Shown: in pieces, positions 59,280 to 64,000 of the stretch
Position numbering within the stretch: the first letter of the stretch is position 1
Layout of the letters: every line of letters begins with the position of its first letter
NCBI RefSeq assembly: GCF_902459465.1
Contig: NC_047082.1
Span: 868,001-932,000, forward strand
Direction of reading: 5' to 3'
DNA: 64,000 bases
From: Asterias rubens
Lineage: Eukaryota
Notes under the pieces: model-generated
Seen by the model: the letters and a program-made list of their open reading frames with translations, nothing else
What the model was told of the DNA's origin: nothing
Database searches by the model: none
Translations under genes and position numbers: made by a program

Positions 59280-60837
59280 TTAAAGACTCTGGACACTATT
59301 GGTAATTGTCAAAGACCAGTCTTCTCACTTGGTGTTTTCTCAACATAATGCATAAAATAAAAAACCTGTGAAAATTTGAGCTCAAATTGATGGTCGTCGA
59401 AGTTGCGAGATAATATTGAAAGAAAAAACACCCTTGTCACACGAAGCTGTGTGCTTTCAGATGTTTGATTTCGTGACCTCAAAAGCTAATTCTGAGGTCT
59501 CGAAATCAAGTTCGTGAAAAATTACTTCTTTCTCGAAAACTACGTTACATCAGAGCCGTTTCTCACAATGTTTTATACTATCAGCATTTACTTCCTTGTG
59601 TCCGACCACTCTTTCCAAGTGCTCCAATAATGGCATGGCTATAGTGCCTCCATCGCCAGATTATGTCCCTAGTCGACACTATACTAAAAACCCATTATTA
59701 TTTTTCGACCAATATCCACGTCTGGGTTGTGTATACAACTCGGACACTTCTCAATGTAACAATTCCTCAAGCATTCACCCGTTATTTTCAAATCTGTTTC
59801 ACTTTTAGTTTTCCTTTCAGTCTTTTGATGTTATTTGTCATAAATAAGCTATTAGTTTGTACAAGAAATGCTTACCTTTAAAGGGTGGTTCTATATGCAC
59901 GGGATTCAAGATACAGGCCACAACCGCTACCAATCAGTAAGAGTTAGAAAAGAAGAACATGATTTCCTTCATACGGTAGGCCTACACCACTTCGTTTTAG
60001 CGAAAATATCATCCAATGCAGTCTGTGTACTTTGCAAAACCAGCTTTGTGCGTTCTTTCCAGTCAGTGATCAGAAGTACAGTCACAGTGCAATGTTCGGA
60101 AGATGTTGTTTTCATTTTAAGTTCATAGTGTATAAGGTTTAGGCTATTGCAAAACGTACAGGATATATTTTCTTTAGTTCCGCATTCCATGGTGTAAAAC
60201 CACGGTATACATAGGTTTTGAGTGGGTGACAATGAATAACAGAGCCTAAAGAGCCCTCGCTAGTTCAAATCCGTGTTTGGCATATTATTGTACACTTTGG
60301 CCTTTTTTATTTGAGTACATTAGAATGCCTGCCATGGCAAATATTATATCCTCCTTTGTAACGAGTTTAAAGGAGGATAATTAGAAATGGTGATTTTCAC
60401 GAGTTGCTTCAGCTCTTAGTTTAAGTAACGAAATAATTTGTCAAATTATTTCCGAAAATATGAAATATAAACTCTACCTCCACAAGACAGTAGCATCTTG
60501 TTCATCCAGCCATCTTATTCATTCATTCAGGTTCTTATACTGAGAGTGGATGTTTCATCAAGGGTGCTCTCGTGTTCTCATCTCATTATTTTATCCCCGA
60601 TGCAAATTTAAGATCTCTTTCTATAAATAAAAGTCAGATACTGCTCTTTCAGTTTTACATGACAAGTTTTATTTTATTGTTGTTAACATGGAACACTTTT
60701 TATCTCAAATCTACGTAAATTTGTAAGACATTTCGTTATAAACTGTTCTTTCAGCATTTCCCCATTACTCGTTACCGAGTGAGGGTTTATGATAATAATT
60801 ATGGTGAGTAATTACCAATAGTGTCCACTGCCTTTAA
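59280..60837. mobile_element. Same MITE family, split by a 1.17-kb insertion
   Basis: Left ~300 bp at 59280-59589; missing right ~80 bp at ~60760-60837 ending GTGTCCACTGCCT|TTAA; TCAGCATTT is present at both junctions. Confidence 0.8.
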
Positions 60838-61049
60838 GCCGTGTTTCATAGTGTGCCCCCCCCCCCCCATAAACAAATTCTGTCCCCAGTCAACACTAAA
60901 CTCAAAATCATATCCTATTTAGCGAGGCATTATTTTTCAAAACATCCCTGGAATCGTTGCATCTCCCACGATGACACTGTATAAACATGTATATTTAAAC
61001 GCATTGTTATTCAAGCAGTATTGTTCAGGAAGGCATTATGTTTATTTGT

Positions 61050-62610
61050 ATGAATTTTAAGCATTGTTTTGGGTTCCAAATGCCTGAAATCAAATACTGT
61101 TCAATTTTAAAACTTTTTTGAATATTTGTATTACGAATAGAGAGTTTTGTTCTGCTGGATGACATTTACTTCCTTGTGTCGGACCACTATTTCCAATTGT
61201 GACTGGCTATATATAGTCTGGACTGGCTATAGTGCCTCCATCGCCAGATTTTGTCCCTATTCGACACTATACTCAAACCCATGATTCTGTTTCGATCAAT
61301 ATCCACGTCTGGGTTGTGTATAAAACCTTTTTAGTTGACACTTCTCAATGTAACAATTCCTCAAGCATTCACCCGTTATTTTCAAATCTGTTCAACTTTT
61401 ACTTTTCCTTTTGTAGTCTTTTGATGTTATTGTCATAAATAGGCTATTATAATTTGTACAAGAAATGCTTACCTTTATAAAGAGAGGTTCTATATGCACG
61501 GGATTCAAGATACAGGCCACAACCGCTACCAATCAGTAAGAGTTAGAAAAGAAGAACATGGTTCACTTCATACGGAAGGCCTACACCACTTCGTTTTAGC
61601 GAAAATGTCATACATTGCAGTCTAGCTGTGTACTTGGCAAAACCTGCTTTGTGCATTCGTTCCAGTCAGTGATCAGGAGTACAAGTGCATGTATAGTTTA
61701 CTTGTTGCAAAACGTACAGGATGTAGGCCTACTCTCTTTAGTTCCGTGTTCCATGGTAAAGCCACGATTATTAGAATAACATAACAATATTATAGTCGAT
61801 ATTTATATAGTGCTTTATACACCCGAAGGGCGTCTCAAAGTGCTGAAACATACAGTATTTCCTGCAAGGTATGTGGGAATAGGTTTTTGAATTATGATCT
61901 ACTCCTTTTACATAGCACCGTGTAATGGTTTACAAGGTGCTGTGGCGCAATATGCCGCCAATCCAGCCAGGAACGCCGGGGCGAACCCCTTCTCTTTTCG
62001 ATCAAGTGCACTGGGTTCTTTTACGTGCGTTACAACACACGGGACCAACGGCTTTACGTCCCATCCAAAGGACGAAGTAATGTTTTAGTGTCTTGCTTAA
62101 GGACAATAGTGTCACGGCTGGGGACACACTCTGCTGATCAGAAACACCAGAGTTTGAATCCGGTGCTCTTATTCATGGAATGCCTTCCATGGCAAATAAT
62201 ATATCCTCCTTTGTTACGAATTTAAAGTAATGTTTGAGGATCATATACCCATTATGTTGCTTTTCATGAGTTGCTTCTGCTCTTAATTTAAGTAGCCACA
62301 AACTATTCCCTTATATGAAAATATAAATTCTCCCACAAGACAGTAGCATCTTATTCATCCAGCCATCTTATTCATTCATTCAGGTTATTATACTGAGTGG
62401 ATGCTTCATCAAGCACCAACAGGCTTATCTAGTGTTCTCATCTCATTATTTTATCCCCGATGCAAATTTAACATCCTATAAATAAAAGTCAGATACTGCT
62501 CTTTCTGTTTTACATGGCAGGTTTTATTTTATTGTTGTTAACATGGAACAATTTTGCTATACTTTATCTCGAATCTTCGTAAATTTCTAAGACATTTCGT
62601 TATAAGCTGT
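61050..62610 (-). pseudogene. Relic 5' region of a third receptor paralog (non-coding exon-like blocks and start context only)
   Basis: 61060-61190 matches 59120-59240, including CCAAAACA-ATG-CTT start context, but the frame stops after ~17 codons and no WSC exon follows. 61165-62610 matches 59587-60750 with indels. Confidence 0.55.
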
Positions 62611-64000
62611 TCGTTCGTAGATATATGTTTTAATAATGAGGCATTCGTGTTGCTTTAGAAGATGAATCAATCCAGTGATATACAGAATGTATATTTGGTT
62701 TGCGGTAACACCATGTGTGTATCTACTTGCCAGGTAGAGTTGTTCTTAGGGAACTGTCTTGCTTTATTCTACTGCCGTGGAGTAGATAATCGGAGGTTCG
62801 GGAGACTTCTCAGTTCTGAAAAGAACTGTCCTGCTTTTTAACTATTACCAGGGCGGATGGTATATATACAGAATGTTTGTCATAAAGTATCACTAAGAGT
62901 TCCTCATATTAGCAATACATTATTAAACGCATACCAATGCTTTATGCAATAATAATCAAAAATATTATTTAAAAAAATATTTGCTAATCTTTCAGCCCCT
63001 TGAAATAAATCAAGTTTTATTTTTGCTGGATACCCGTGGGGCCTGTTTTCTATTTGTAAAAGGGTTAACCATTGTATGTCATAGAGCTATGCGTCATATC
63101 TAGCGATCACACAAATTATGACAGTACGCCCTCTATCAATTAAGTTCCTCGTAATTATCAACACATAACTAGAAATGCATCTAATGCTGAATATTCGAAA
63201 AATGCTCAACAGTGTTTGCAAATTTGTCTTCCCCTGAAATCAGATCAAACTTATTTGCTGAAAAATATACCACTGGGTCCTGTATTTATATAAGTTTAGT
63301 CGTTGAATGATAGAGCTATGCATTTATTACGAAGATCCTTGCTGCATATACTAGGGATCAAACAAACTATGATTAGTGTGTCCCCTGTATCGACTTAAAA
63401 TTGAAACAGATACAGGTCTTTAAAGTCATAAACATAGGTCAAGTACTTGAAACCACCATTAAGCAACAACTCTGGATCAGGTGTTATTTGTTGAAGTCAG
63501 AATTTTGTTTATGTACCCCCCCCCCAAAAAAAAAAAGTTTAATAAGTGTGACGTGCTCAACGAGTTCCTATTAATTTTGTCGGAGGGAGAAACACAGCCT
63601 TTATTTCCAGACCAACCCCGGATTATAAAGGAAACTTCCATCCTTTTAAAACCTTTTCCCTTCTCTAAACTTACAACATGCTTATGCAGAGAACGTTCTC
63701 AAAGCATTGACTTGTGACAACATCAAAAGGTTTTTGAAATGAGGCTAATGCGAGAAAAAACATTAGTAAAGATGTCCCCCTTTTTTAAAAGCTATTATGA
63801 TCTTTCTACATGGCATTTCCATTTAAAGTGTACTCGACAGGGCATTTTATACAAGCAATGTTGCTAGAATTATTTCTCAAATTGTCATTTTCTTGCTTTT
63901 TACAAACTCTCTGATCCGAATTGACCTTTTTTATGATTATTTATTCCACCTCAACACCTGAAAGGGGTGTGTCGATATGACTCGGAATCAAGTCATGACG

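Noticed and set aside
59592-59960. Exon-like blocks in the duplicated segments as protein-coding exons
   Set aside because: Every frame has stops in both copies; better explained as 5'-UTR exons or decayed sequence.

Overview
AT-rich, intron-rich metazoan genomic DNA; gene content and repeat types suggest an invertebrate deuterostome such as an echinoderm (inference). I reconstructed spliced gene models by hand from GT-AG boundaries and exon phases. (1) Dispatched (-, 4 exons, ~1188 aa). (2) A Golgi carbohydrate sulfotransferase (+) whose likely signal-anchor exons lie on the far side of Dispatched, so Dispatched appears nested antisense in its 10.9-kb intron. (3) ICAP-1/ITGB1BP1 (+, 6 coding exons). 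(4) RSPH10B (-, 18 exons, ~910 aa), head-to-head with (5) CIMIP2C/FAM166C (+, 4 exons) across a 474-bp gap with RFX/forkhead-like motifs. (6-7) Two tandem paralogous type-I receptors (-): signal peptide, WSC, Sushi/CCP, Thr-rich stalk, TM helix and a non-catalytic tail rich in Tyr motifs. The second receptor has a 1-nt frameshift in its leader, and a 5' relic of a third copy lies upstream. Repeats include TTAA-flanked (Kolobok-like) and Harbinger-like MITEs, two tRNA-derived SINE families, and Penelope-like remnants, one with an apparently complete minimal hammerhead ribozyme. One MITE is split by a 1.17-kb segment resembling the receptor 5' region. No rRNA, true tRNA or CRISPR array was seen. 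All homology calls are from memory of the families; no searches were run.
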